A stretch of DNA of 64,000 nucleotides from Bryobacterales bacterium. GTDB taxonomy: Bacteria > Acidobacteriota > Terriglobia > Bryobacterales > UBA6623. A model generated the notes under the pieces. That model saw only the letters and a program-made list of their open reading frames with translations. It made no database searches and was not told the origin of the DNA. Positions 1 through 9,524 of this stretch are shown piece by piece. The position numbers and the translations under genes were made by a program. The DNA is taken from assembly GCA_965219605.1 (NCBI GenBank), contig CBDCOC010000001.1:1077185-1141184 (forward strand), in the 5' to 3' direction. The first letter of the stretch is position 1, and the number at the start of each line of letters is the position of its first letter.

Positions 1-1
1 G

Positions 2-1555
2 ACCTTGGAAGACGCGCACGGCTTCTTCCAAGGCTTGGATCTCGAACCGGCCGAAGCCAAGGTCGCCGAACGGCCGCTGGAGGAAATTCAGAACCGCCTC
101 CGCTTCCTGACGGACGTCGGCTTGGGCTATCTCACGCTGGAGCGGAAGTCCAACACGCTCTCCGGCGGGGAGGCGCAGAGGATCCAGCTAGCAAGCGCGC
201 TAGGTTCGCGCTTGGTCGGTGTCTGCTATGTGCTGGACGAGCCGTCAATCGGCCTGCACAGCCGCGATACGGCGCGGCTGATCAAGGTTCTGCAAGAACT
301 GCGGGATCTGGGCAACTCAATCTTCGTGGTCGAGCACGACCGGGAGTTCATGCGCAGCGCCGACCGCTTGATCGATCTCGGGCCGGCCGGCGGCGAGCAT
401 GGCGGCCAGGTGACGTTCGAAGGCTCCTATGACGAGGCCCTGGCCGCGGGCAACGGCTCTCTCACGGCTTGCTATCTCAGCGGCCGCGCCAAAATCCCGG
501 TGCCCGCGCGGCGCAGGCCGCGGGGCGGCTCCGTCCTCGGCTTTCGCGGGGCCTGCGAGCACAACTTGAAGGATCTCGACTTCGAAATCCCGCTCGGCTT
601 GATGACCGCAGTGACCGGGGTCTCCGGCTCGGGCAAGTCAACCCTGATGCACCGGGTCGTTTACTCCTGCCTGCAGAACATTCTCCAACCTTGGGCGCGG
701 CTGCCGTCCAGCGCGGCCAAGATCCGAGAGGTGCAGGGCATATCCCAAGTCGAGCACGTTGTCTTGATCGACCAGTCCACCAGCGAGCACGGCACGCGCT
801 CGGTGCCGGCCACGTACCTAGGCTTCTTTGACGAGATCAGGGGCTTGTTCGCGACCACATCGCTGGCCTGCAGCAAGGGGTACTCGGCGCGCTGCTTCTC
901 GTTTAACGTGGACACTGCGGCGTACGGCTCGACGCTGAAGGGCCGCTGCCCGACCTGCCAGGGAACCGGCCGGCAGACGATCGACATGCAGTTTCTCGCC
1001 GATGTCGAGCTGACCTGCGAGGATTGCCAGGGGCGTCGCTACCAAGCAGAGATTCTCGAGGTTGAGTATTGCGGGAAGAATATCTGGGAGGTGTTGCAGA
1101 TGACCGTCGCCGAAGCATTGCAGTTCTTCTCCGACCAGCCGCGCATCACGAACAGACTCCAAGCCCTGGCCGAAGTGGGCCTAGGCTACATCCGGCTAGG
1201 CCAGCCTGCCAGCCAACTCTCGGGGGGCGAAGCGCAGCGCATGAAGCTGGCCCTGCACATCGCCAACCGCGAGAACAACATGGCAATGTACCTATTCGAC
1301 GAGCCGACCACGGGACTGCACTTCGAAGACATCAAGAAGCTGCTAGCGGCGTTTGACCGGCTGATCGAGGACGGGGCCAGCGTGGTGGTGATCGAGCACA
1401 ACATCGACGTGATCAAGTGCGCGGATTGGATTATCGACCTCGGCCCGGAGGGCGGACAGGCGGGCGGGGAGATCACCGCCTGCGGCCCGCCGGAGATGAT
1501 CGCCCAATGCGAGCGCTCTCACACAGGACGGTTCTTGCGCAAGGAACTTGCATGA
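2..1555 (+). CDS. uvrA: Excinuclease ABC subunit A (UvrA-type), C-terminal ~516 aa; 5' end outside window
   Basis: ORF open to window start. It has two ABC signatures (LSGGEAQRIQLA, LSGGEAQRMKLA), a Walker A (GVSGSGKST), a Zn-finger CPTCQGTG...CEDCQGRRY, and a UvrA-like C-terminus GGEITACGPPEMIA..HTGRFL. Confidence 0.85.
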   Translation, partial: TLEDAHGFFQGLDLEPAEAKVAERPLEEIQNRLRFLTDVGLGYLTLERKSNTLSGGEAQRIQLASALGSRLVGVCYVLDEPSIGLHSRDTARLIKVLQELRDLGNSIFVVEHDREFMRSADRLIDLGPAGGEHGGQVTFEGSYDEALAAGNGSLTACYLSGRAKIPVPARRRPRGGSVLGFRGACEHNLKDLDFEIPLGLMTAVTGVSGSGKSTLMHRVVYSCLQNILQPWARLPSSAAKIREVQGISQVEHVVLIDQSTSEHGTRSVPATYLGFFDEIRGLFATTSLACSKGYSARCFSFNVDTAAYGSTLKGRCPTCQGTGRQTIDMQFLADVELTCEDCQGRRYQAEILEVEYCGKNIWEVLQMTVAEALQFFSDQPRITNRLQALAEVGLGYIRLGQPASQLSGGEAQRMKLALHIANRENNMAMYLFDEPTTGLHFEDIKKLLAAFDRLIEDGASVVVIEHNIDVIKCADWIIDLGPEGGQAGGEITACGPPEMIAQCERSHTGRFLRKELA

Positions 1556-2196
1556 GGCGGCTGCTGGCGCTTGCAGCACTGGCCGCCCCGCTCATGGCGC
1601 AGCACTGGGCATTCCCGCACCGGACACATCTAGCGCTGGATCTCGACTGCGGCACTTGCCACGGCGCAGCGGAGGGGAGTTCGCAGTCTGGCGACAACCT
1701 GCTCCCAGGCGGCGCGCTGTGCGAGACCTGCCACGACGGGAAAACGGCACCGGCCGGCGCTGCCGCTCCACTGGCCGAGCGCGGACATGCGCCGCGCACG
1801 TTCCGGTTCGACCACTCGCTGCATCTCGGGTTGGGAGAGATCGCGCCTCTGATCGCCGCGGCCATCGACTCGGGAAACTATTTCGGCAAGCCCGGCGACG
1901 CGCGCCGCTTCTTGGACGACGCCAGCGCGTGCGGCGCCTGCCATCGCGGCCTGCAGGAAAGCACGGAGGTAGCATCCGGGGCGCACATGCCGCAAATGGC
2001 CGACTGCATTGTCTGCCACACCAGAATCGACAATCCGTTCACCTGCCCGGAATGCCACATAGAGGGTGCGGACCTGCGCCCCGCCGACCACACGCGCGAT
2101 TTCATCGACACGCACTCCACCGGCGAGCCGGAACTAGACAAGATCGCGTGCCAGCCTTGCCATGGACGCGATTTTGCCTGCATGGGATGCCATTAG
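1552..2196 (+). CDS. Secreted multihaem cytochrome c (7 CxxCH motifs, ~214 aa)
   Basis: ATG 1552 overlaps the uvrA stop (ATGA). Signal-like N-terminus MRRLLALAALAAPLMAQ. Haem motifs are CGTCH, CETCH, CGACH, CIVCH, CPECH, CQPCH and CMGCH, the last being the C-terminal residues. Confidence 0.85.
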   Translation: MRRLLALAALAAPLMAQHWAFPHRTHLALDLDCGTCHGAAEGSSQSGDNLLPGGALCETCHDGKTAPAGAAAPLAERGHAPRTFRFDHSLHLGLGEIAPLIAAAIDSGNYFGKPGDARRFLDDASACGACHRGLQESTEVASGAHMPQMADCIVCHTRIDNPFTCPECHIEGADLRPADHTRDFIDTHSTGEPELDKIACQPCHGRDFACMGCH

Positions 2197-2867
2197 GGCC
2201 GATGATGCATCTTCTCTCTCCATCCGCCCTGATCTCTTCCGGCCTCGCGCTCGACATCGCCAGCGTCGTGCTGCCGTTCTTTTCCGGGATCTCGCCCGGG
2301 CTGCCTTGGATGGCGCGCCGGCCTAGAGGCATGGCAGCGGCAAGGACTACAAGCAAGCACGGTGACTGTCACGTCCCGGACTGCTGCTGTTGATTGCCGG
2401 GTTCGTTTCCCAGATCGCTGGCAACCACGTCGGGACTCCGCGTCCCGGCCGCCCTCGCGGAGACCCTTGCGCGCCGGATTGGAAACCGCTCGGGGGCCTG
2501 CCTGGCGAAGATCCTAGCCAACGGGCGGCCGCCAGCCCAATCCTCGCCTGAGTCGATTGCACGCAACCGATTGACAGACAATGGCACAGTGTCGCATGCC
2601 CCATACGGTTCTCGCCAGATGATCGATGGGGAACTTTCTGGGCTATTCACACGGGACCAAGGCCGAGATCATGCCTGCCCTGCCCCGCATCGGCCTGCGC
2701 CGGGTGCGGGCCGCGCCTTCACGCCCGCGGCGGGCTGGGACAAGCCCGCATGCACGCCCAACACGCGCTGGGCCATAGCCCCTTTGCATTCTGCCAGCAA
2801 AGGGGCTTCTTCCGGATTCTCTGGATCCGGAGGGATGCGACCGCTTGCCAGCCTGTAGAAGGCCCGC

Positions 2868-4169
2868 CTAGACTTTATCGGGACCGGGCACCTCGAAGCC
2901 CTTGCGATATGACTTCGAAAGCATCGCGTTGGCCTTCTCGTCGCCTTTAAAGCGCATCGCTGCGCGGTCGAACTCCAGCTGCGTGCCGCGCTGGAACGCG
3001 ATGTTGCCCAAGTGCGCCAAGGCCGCCGCGTGGTGCGCTGACTCCACCGGCCCGTTCTGGTCCTCGGTCTTGCGGCTGCGCACCGCCTTGATGAAATTCT
3101 CGTAGTGGCGGGTCGGCGACTCGCCGCCGTCAACGCGTTCCGGCTTGCGCCCGCGGAAGAGTTCCCACTTGGTGTAGCCGGAAATGACCATGTAGCCCTC
3201 GGAACCGTAGAAGAGATTGCCGTTGGCCGACCGCGTCTCGTGGTTGGAGTGCCAGAAGCGAACGGCCACCTCCGCCATCTTGCGCTCTTGCTGGAACTGA
3301 AGCAGCGTGGTCAGCATTTCGGGGGTCTCGCGGTGGTCATCCCAGATATAGCGGCCCCCCGAGGAAACCACCCTGTCGGGCAGCGTCACGCCCAGGCCCC
3401 ACTGCAGCATGTCCAGCTCGTGAATGCCTTGGTTGCCGATCTCGCCATTGCCGAAGTCCCACGTCCAGTGCCAGTTGTAATGCACATGCCGCTTGGAGTA
3501 AGGGCGCCACTTGCTCGGGCCCACCCACAAGTCGTAATCCAACGTGGGGGGCGGCTGCTCGTCGGGCATGGATTCCAGCGCGGGGCGCCACTTGAAAATC
3601 GTCGCCCGTCCCATGTAGATATCGCCGATCGCCCCGTCACGCATCTTCTGCACGGCCTCGCGCACGGCCTCCGAACTGCGCAGCTGGACGCCGTGCTGGA
3701 CGATGCGGTTGTACTTCTTGGCGGCCGCGATCAGGCTGAGGCCTTCGTTGAAGGTGTGCGTGGCCGGCTTCTCGATATAGACATCCTTGCCCGCCTGGCA
3801 AGCCCAGATAGAGGCCAGCGTGTGCCAATGGTTGGGGGTCGCGATGGAAATGACGTCAATGTCCTTGTCCTCGATCACTTCGCGCAGATCCTGCACGACG
3901 CTGGGGCGGTGCCCATGCTTCTTCTCGAATTCGCCGGCTCGCTTGCGGGCGACCTCCAGATCGGGATCAACGAAGGTCGTGACATCGACGTTCTTGATCC
4001 GCTGCAGGCCGTACATGTGGCTTTGGCCCCGCCCGTTCACGCCCAGCACGGCGGCCCGAATCCGGTCGTTGGCGCCGAGCACGCCACTGCCGGCCGCAAA
4101 GGCAGTCGCGGGGGCAGCCGCTGCGGCCGTCTTGACAAAAGCCCTTCGCGGGATGGTGTTTTCCTGCAT
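2868..4169 (-). CDS. Gfo/Idh/MocA family oxidoreductase with Tat signal
   Basis: 433-aa ORF. Twin-arginine leader PRRAFVKTAAAAAPATAFAAG, a Rossmann motif AVLGVNGRGQSH, and the EKP motif (YIEKPATH) typical of this family. Confidence 0.85.
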   Translation of the reverse strand: MQENTIPRRAFVKTAAAAAPATAFAAGSGVLGANDRIRAAVLGVNGRGQSHMYGLQRIKNVDVTTFVDPDLEVARKRAGEFEKKHGHRPSVVQDLREVIEDKDIDVISIATPNHWHTLASIWACQAGKDVYIEKPATHTFNEGLSLIAAAKKYNRIVQHGVQLRSSEAVREAVQKMRDGAIGDIYMGRATIFKWRPALESMPDEQPPPTLDYDLWVGPSKWRPYSKRHVHYNWHWTWDFGNGEIGNQGIHELDMLQWGLGVTLPDRVVSSGGRYIWDDHRETPEMLTTLLQFQQERKMAEVAVRFWHSNHETRSANGNLFYGSEGYMVISGYTKWELFRGRKPERVDGGESPTRHYENFIKAVRSRKTEDQNGPVESAHHAAALAHLGNIAFQRGTQLEFDRAAMRFKGDEKANAMLSKSYRKGFEVPGPDKV

Positions 4170-4242
4170 CGCTAATTCGCTCCGTGATTATCATACCGCA
4201 TTGCGCCGGGCGCGGCAATTCGCTCGCCAAGGGCCGGCCCAG

Positions 4243-4779
4243 CTACGCACGGGCCGCGAATAAACTGACCTGCCCCGCCGGAAGTGCGCGCACCTGCGCC
4301 TCAAGCGAACTGAACCGCAGCAAGCGGCCCAGCTCTCTGAAGCGCTCCAAGGACTCTCCGCGCAGGCCGGCTGAGAATACATCCGCGCGGTCGGAGTAGG
4401 AATAGCGCTCGCAGCGGGGCGCTTGCCGCGCTAGCACTGCAAGCGCCGGGTCCCAGAAATTCTGCCGGCGCAGGAACCGTCGCTGCCTGCCAACCTGTCG
4501 AGGAATCTCGAACTCTCCGCGCAGCCCGCGCAGCAGCATCCTGTCGCAGAGGTCGATGTCCAACCCTCGTTGCGGGTCATGGTCCGGGAAGCGGGCCAGA
4601 AGGCTCGCCATATCGACTGGCGAGAGAGCGAGCGAGTCCCAGCGAAAGCGTGCATCGCCGCTGACCAAGGATCCCCGCAAGAGAATCCGGGCAACGCGCT
4701 CGGGATCCTTGCCGCAGGCTCCCAGCACCTTCGACGCAAGTTCCTCGAGCGGCACGTCCCGCCTCGCGACGGCGGCCAT
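4243..4779 (-). CDS. Hypothetical protein (start uncertain; ORF extends to 5067)
   Basis: Protein-like composition starts at MAAVARRDVPLEELASKVLG. I recognise no motif. It is co-directional with the oxidoreductase 74 nt downstream. Confidence 0.4.
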   Translation of the reverse strand: MAAVARRDVPLEELASKVLGACGKDPERVARILLRGSLVSGDARFRWDSLALSPVDMASLLARFPDHDPQRGLDIDLCDRMLLRGLRGEFEIPRQVGRQRRFLRRQNFWDPALAVLARQAPRCERYSYSDRADVFSAGLRGESLERFRELGRLLRFSSLEAQVRALPAGQVSLFAARA

Positions 4780-5605
4780 GTTCACGTAGCCGGCCGACTC
4801 CGAACTCACCTTGCAGGGAACGACTTGCGGCAGAGACAAACAGCCATGATAGTCGGTCGGCGCTGAAAGCGCGGCAAGCGGCATGTCCGAGCGGTGCATG
4901 CCGCCAGCCGGAATGGGCGTCGGACCGGGAGAGATCTGTCGAAAGCCTGCGGACGCCGGAATTGCCGCTCGGCATCCTCGCGCAAGTGTGCCGGTCGGGC
5001 AATCGCAGCGACGGAGCAGTCCCGGCCGGACACCCTTGGCTCGTTCCCGGTCCGGTCCCTTATGCACGCCCCCTGTGCCGCAAGCAATTGAGGCAGTGGA
5101 ACTCGCGGCAATGGAGCAAGGTCGAGCACGCGCGGAATCGCACGCACACTGGCGGGCAGCTATCGTCGCTCATCGCCGGTGAGAGGCTGCAACTCAGGCC
5201 CGTTGCCGAATGCAAGCGTCAGGCACTGACGCCCAGGCAGCTCCTCCGGAGGCCGGTGAAGTGGCGGGACTGCCTGTGGTCCTGCGGGACGTTGGCACGG
5301 CTCGACTCCGCCAGTCAGGCTAGGACGTGGCTGCGGGCAAGTGGCGACGGAGGCTGCTACGCGCCAGCCTTTCCGGCGCTGGAATGCACCGCGTTGCCGC
5401 GGTGAAATTCACTTCGGGCCTAGCACGAGCGGATGCAGATCCCAAAACGGACCTGATTACCCAGAGCAGTTCCAGACACGGAGGATGGCAGGGGCAGTGT
5501 GCGTGTGGCGATATAGACGAGGCGGGGCACCAGAACAGCCAATTGGGAGAGCCGATCCAAGTGGCAATAGGACCGGGCCTAGGGCCCGGCTGCGGACCGC
5601 GCCCC

Positions 5606-5859
5606 AAGTCCAGGCCCATGCTGCGCTAGCAGAGTATGGCCAGCAGGGGGTCGCAATCGGGCTCGCAGCGGCGCGGGTCGTTGCGCGGGCGGCCCGGGGC
5701 ATAGCAGCCCAGAGGTCAGCCCAAGCTGCTACCGTTGAACACCGTCCCCAAGGACGGTGCATCCAACGCGACCTTGAACCAAGTCTGCAGCTCGCCCGGC
5801 GAAGCGTCGGCGATGCGACCGCGCACCTCTGCCGACAGCGCTCCGAAGCGATGCTCCAG
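5606..5859 (-). pseudogene. Distal piece of a partial tandem duplicate of the rpn 3' end (last ~47 codons at 5716-5859 plus ~110 nt downstream sequence)
   Basis: Near-identical by eye to 8323-8570 of the intact gene region. The translation ...HRFGALSAEVRGRIADASPGELQTWFKVALDAPSLGTVFNG.SLG matches the Rpn C-terminus. It is cut off from its proximal piece by the IS at 5860-8022. Confidence 0.8.
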
Positions 5860-8022
5860 CCCAACTTACCCCAGCTAAGCTGGAGTTGTACGCCACGGTG
5901 AAGTACAGCCTCGAATTGATGTAACTCGCAGTTAATCAGTTACTTAAGTAACTTGTTCGAGTTCCTTCCGGGGGCCTGATGGGGCGCTTGCCAAACAGGC
6001 CATTGGTGACTAGGTTGGCGTCGTGGCCGGCGCACTGGCAGCGCTGTCTGGCGGCGGTCTCGGGGCCGGTGCCGGGTGGGGCTGGCAGCCGAGCAGGGCG
6101 AACACGCGCTCGTGCAACGGCTCGAGTTGACTCAGCGTCGGCACCCCATAGCCGGGCACCTGCGGGTACCGCAACTCGGCGGCGCAGAGCGTGCCCAGCC
6201 CGGCCAACAGGTCCGCCAGACTCTGCAGCGGCAAGCTGCCATCCTCGCTCTGGCGCGTGCGATCCTTGCGCTTGGCGGCGGCGCTGCGCTGCAGCGGGCC
6301 GACCGGCCCGCCCGCATGTTGCGGCTCCTCTTCCTCGCTGCACAGCAGCGGTGCCAACTGGCGCCGCAAGTGCCATTCCAAGTAATACGCCAGCATGCAC
6401 AGCAGCAGGTGCGCCCGCACCCGCTCCGCCTTGCAGTGGAAGATCGGGCGCACGCGCAGCCCGCTCGTCTTCAGCGAGCGGAAGGCCCGCTCGACGCGGG
6501 CCAGACTCTTGTAGGCGCGCACCACTGCGTCATCGTCCAACTCCTGCGCGGGCAAGCTGGTGCGCACGATGTAGAAGCCGTCCAGGCGCGCCTCGGCCGC
6601 GATCGATGCCTCGTTGCGCGCGGAGGAGAAGGCCGCGCTGTGCGCGTCGAACGACCACTGCAAGTGCTTGCCCATCTTGCGCCGCCGCAGCGGGCCCAAG
6701 CGCCGGTTGAACTCGTCGCGCTCGAGCTGGCCTGCGGCGTAGGCCGCCGCCAGGGGCGCCAGGTCGGCCTCGGTGCTGGCCAGCAAAGCCAAGCGCTTGC
6801 GGCGCCGTTCGGCAGCCACCAGCGGGTTGTAGCACACCAGCAGGCGCTCGCCGGGGAAATCCGGTGCCGTGATGGCCGCCAACTCGTGCTTGTCGAACAG
6901 CGAGGGCTGGAAGTGGCCCTGCGCGGCCAGCTTGCGAATGCTGTCGTGGCGCAGGGCCGTGATCCAGTCCAAATCCGCAGGCTTGAGGTCGGCCGCGATG
7001 CGCGTTTGGGCCAGCATGCCGCGGTCGCCGACCACCGCCAGGCGCTGCAGGCCGAAGCGCTGGCGCAGCTTGTTGACCTGCGCGCTGAGCGTGCTGGGAT
7101 CGGCCGTGTTGCCGGGGAAGACCTCGACCGCGACCGGGCAGCCGTCAGCGTTGCACAGCAGGCCGTAGTTGATCTGCGGTCGGTCGGCGCGGTGGTCACG
7201 CGCATAGCCGCGCTCGGCGAGCGGGCAGCACGAGCCTTCGAAATAGCTCGAAGACAGGTCGTACAGGGCCAGGCCGCCCTCGTGCAAGTGGCGGCGGGCG
7301 AGCTTGCGCTCGATGGCCGGCTGGCGCTCCAGCAGCCAGTCCATAGCTTCGTAGAGTTCGTCGACGCGCGTGTCGGCGATCTCAAGCAGGGGGGCCAGAG
7401 TGGTTTGGCCGGTGGGCCCGAGTTCGCGTTCCAGGCGCAGCTTGGCGCCGGGCTTGAGCAGGCGGTGCAGGATCAGGGCGAGGGCCAGCGAGCGCTGGCG
7501 CGAGGGCTTGTAGCACAGCAGGCGCTCGAAGCGCAGGCTGCGGGCGAGGCCGAGCAGGGCGGAGACGGCGCCGTGCTGGCGGACGTGGGCGAGTTGGGCG
7601 GGCGAGTCGGGGCTGGTGAGGGGGAGTTGGCGGTCGAGGGCGGCCTTGAGCAGGTCGATGAGCGGCTGGGGCAGGGCAGAGAGATTGGCGAGGGTGCGCT
7701 TTTTGACCTTGCCGTGCTGCCAGTAGGATTCGCGCAAGAGGTGGCAGGGGGACTTGCGGGCGAAGCTGGAGGTGATGTGCATTGTATGACTAGGAATAGG
7801 CGGACCTGTTCTGCGATAAGAATAGCACATAGATGAATGAAAGTCAAAGTAGGCAAAACAAATGTATGACTAGGAAAACAGAAATTGGAAGGGCAATTTG
7901 AGGGCATATTGCGAGGGGCGCCAGCCGTGTATGTTGGCTAACCGGTTAAAAGTAAAGGGGTTAGCTGTCAGAATTCAGGGGTGTAAAGCACTGAGGCCCC
8001 AAAATGGACAGTGTAAGTTGGG
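5860..8022 (-). mobile_element. IS1634-family-like insertion sequence (2163 bp) with 6-bp target duplication
   Basis: Terminal inverted repeat CCCAACTTAC (5860-5869) / GTAAGTTGGG (8013-8022). Direct repeat CTCCAG at 5854-5859 and 8023-8028. The uninterrupted target gatgCTCCAGcagccacg is visible in the sister copy at 8561-8578. It carries a single DDE transposase gene and an AT-richer 5' leader. Confidence 0.85.
6010..7782 (-). CDS. IS1634-family (IS4-like DDE) transposase, 590 aa
   Basis: The N-terminus MHITSSFARKSPCHLLRESYWQHGKVKKRTLANLS resembles IS1634-type transposases. DDE-region motifs include VVGDRGM and YKSLARVERAFRSLKT. The ORF track start at 7830 is probably too far upstream. Confidence 0.85.
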   Translation of the reverse strand: MHITSSFARKSPCHLLRESYWQHGKVKKRTLANLSALPQPLIDLLKAALDRQLPLTSPDSPAQLAHVRQHGAVSALLGLARSLRFERLLCYKPSRQRSLALALILHRLLKPGAKLRLERELGPTGQTTLAPLLEIADTRVDELYEAMDWLLERQPAIERKLARRHLHEGGLALYDLSSSYFEGSCCPLAERGYARDHRADRPQINYGLLCNADGCPVAVEVFPGNTADPSTLSAQVNKLRQRFGLQRLAVVGDRGMLAQTRIAADLKPADLDWITALRHDSIRKLAAQGHFQPSLFDKHELAAITAPDFPGERLLVCYNPLVAAERRRKRLALLASTEADLAPLAAAYAAGQLERDEFNRRLGPLRRRKMGKHLQWSFDAHSAAFSSARNEASIAAEARLDGFYIVRTSLPAQELDDDAVVRAYKSLARVERAFRSLKTSGLRVRPIFHCKAERVRAHLLLCMLAYYLEWHLRRQLAPLLCSEEEEPQHAGGPVGPLQRSAAAKRKDRTRQSEDGSLPLQSLADLLAGLGTLCAAELRYPQVPGYGVPTLSQLEPLHERVFALLGCQPHPAPAPRPPPDSAASAPATTPT

Positions 8023-8301
8023 CTCCAGCAGCCACGTCAAGTCCTCGGCACGCCCTTCGATCAAGCCTTCAGCACGCCCCTCAGCGCGGCCTTGGAGTGC
8101 GCCTTGATCAAGCAGTTCCTGTACAACGTGTCCTACCATCCTCTCTCCCCGGCCTGGCAGGGCCTCCTCGGCGACCGCGCTCAAGACCACCTGCGGCACA
8201 TGCCAGACATTCATGACAGACACCACCCCCTGCCGCTGGCAGAGCGAACCGCCGGGCAGCGCGACTAAGATCCGCGGCAACAGCGCCAGCTTCTGCTCCA
8301 T
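8023..8301 (-). pseudogene. Proximal piece of the partial rpn duplicate (starts at Met MEQKLALLPRIL..., truncated by IS insertion)
   Basis: ORF 7975-8301. The first 93 residues match the C-terminal half of the 8427-9524 protein, then the frame reads into the IS end. It has only one EGLxEGRA repeat unit where the intact copy has three. Confidence 0.8.
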
Positions 8302-8426
8302 AGCAGCCGGGCCTCAAGTCCAGGCCCATGCTGCGCTAGCAGAGCACGGCCAGCAGGAGGTCGCAATCGGGCTCGCAGCGGCGCGGGTCGTTGCGCGGGC
8401 GGCCCGGCGCACAGCAGCCCCGGAGG

Positions 8427-9524
8427 TCAGCCCAAGCTGTTACCGTTGAACACCGTCCCCAAGGACGGTGCATCCAACGCGACCTTGAACCAAGTCTGCA
8501 GCTCGCCCGACGAAGCGTCGGCGATGCGACCGCGCACCTCTGCCGGCAGCGCTCCGAAGCGATGCTCCAGCAGCCACGTCAAGTCCTCGGCACGCCCTTC
8601 GATCAAGCCTTCAGCACGCCCCTCGGTCAAGCCTTCAGCACGCCCCTCGGTCAAGCCTTCAGCACGCCCCTCAGCGCGGCCTTGGAGTGCGCCTTGATCA
8701 AGCAGTTCCTGTACAACGTGTCCTACCATCCTCTCTCCCCGGCCTGGCAGGGCCTCCTCGGCGACCGCGCTCAAGACCGCCTGCGGCACATGCCAGACAT
8801 TCATAACATACACCACCCCCTGCCGCTGGTAGAGCGAACCGTCGGGCAGCGCGACTAGGATCCGCGGCAACAGCGCCAGCTTCTGCTCCATGGCGGCCGG
8901 GCCGCGATGCGAATAGCGCAGCAGCATCAAGCCGGCCCAAGCGCCCGGATCATCTGCCAGTTCCTCCTCCGGCAACTCGTTCAGGTTGCGCAAGAAATAC
9001 CCGAAATTGGGTTCCAGCCCTTGCAGGAACGGATCCGCACTGCCCAGCATGGCGGCGATCGAGCGCGGTGCGCTCCACGGTGCGCGGCCATGGTAGAAGA
9101 CCAGCGGCACGATCGCCGGCAGGTCGCGCAGCGCGCGCACGGACCCACCGGCGTCTTGCCGCCGGATACGAACCTTGTACTCGCACACTTGCAGGGCGGT
9201 GCCCCGATCGGGCCAAGACTTGTGCTCGACCAGGACGTAGAGGAAGCCTGGCTTGCCGCCGCGCAGTCGGACTCGCAGCAGCTTGTCGCTGCAACTGGCG
9301 CGCAAGGATTCATCCACGAAGCTGCCATCGAGCGGTTGCGGCGGTTCGGCGGCCAGCATGCGCAGCAGTTGCGGGTCGAGATGGGCGCGCAGGATGGAAT
9401 CCGCGCGCTGCGGGTCCGCGAGCATGGCCCGGAACAGGGCATCGTGGGGTTGGCGGAGTTGCAGTGCCATGAGTTCGGGCGGTGCCAGCCGCGCCCGCGG
9501 CAGCCGGCGTTGGAACCGGCGCAC
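8427..9524 (-). CDS. Rpn-family recombination-promoting nuclease / PD-(D/E)XK putative transposase (YhgA-like)
   Basis: PHDALFRAMLADP N-terminal motif. Nuclease core D..LVEHKS (FLYVLVEHKSWPD). C-terminal Gly/Arg/Ala/Glu repeats (EGRAEGLTEGRAEG). An alternative start is MALQLRQPHD at 9470. Confidence 0.8.
   Translation of the reverse strand: MRRFQRRLPRARLAPPELMALQLRQPHDALFRAMLADPQRADSILRAHLDPQLLRMLAAEPPQPLDGSFVDESLRASCSDKLLRVRLRGGKPGFLYVLVEHKSWPDRGTALQVCEYKVRIRRQDAGGSVRALRDLPAIVPLVFYHGRAPWSAPRSIAAMLGSADPFLQGLEPNFGYFLRNLNELPEEELADDPGAWAGLMLLRYSHRGPAAMEQKLALLPRILVALPDGSLYQRQGVVYVMNVWHVPQAVLSAVAEEALPGRGERMVGHVVQELLDQGALQGRAEGRAEGLTEGRAEGLTEGRAEGLIEGRAEDLTWLLEHRFGALPAEVRGRIADASSGELQTWFKVALDAPSLGTVFNGNSLG
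8603..8674 (-). repeat. Three tandem 24-bp in-frame repeats inside rpn (encode EGRAEGLT-type octapeptide)
   Basis: tcaagccttcagcacgcccctcgg occurs at 8603-8626 and 8627-8650, with a variant at 8651-8674. The duplicated gene copy at ~8050-8090 carries fewer units. Confidence 0.85.

Noticed and set aside
2202-2393. Small ORF 6 nt after the cytochrome c stop. It encodes a 63-aa peptide with one hydrophobic segment and a C-terminal GDCHVPDCCC.
   Set aside because: The position and Cys cluster are tempting, for example as a small membrane or metal-binding partner. I cannot distinguish it from a chance ORF in high-GC DNA, and I see no RBS or known motif. The rest of 2197-2867 likewise yielded no gene I could support.
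3105-4175. Long antisense ORFs overlapping confidently assigned genes. Examples: 3105-4175+, 6076-7836+, 13647-14864-, 16207-17232-, 19657-21228-, 20397-21644-, 23348-24343+, 29768-30709+, 43255-44430+, 51574-52455+, 62733-63986-.
   Set aside because: Their composition is Arg/Ala/Gly/Pro-rich and low in complexity, with no motifs. Each lies opposite a gene with clear family signatures. These are the classic shadow ORFs of high-GC DNA.
8580-8690. Short tandem repeats considered as a possible CRISPR or minisatellite array.
   Set aside because: The units are contiguous with no spacers, are in frame, and lie inside the rpn coding sequence. They are coding repeats, not CRISPR.
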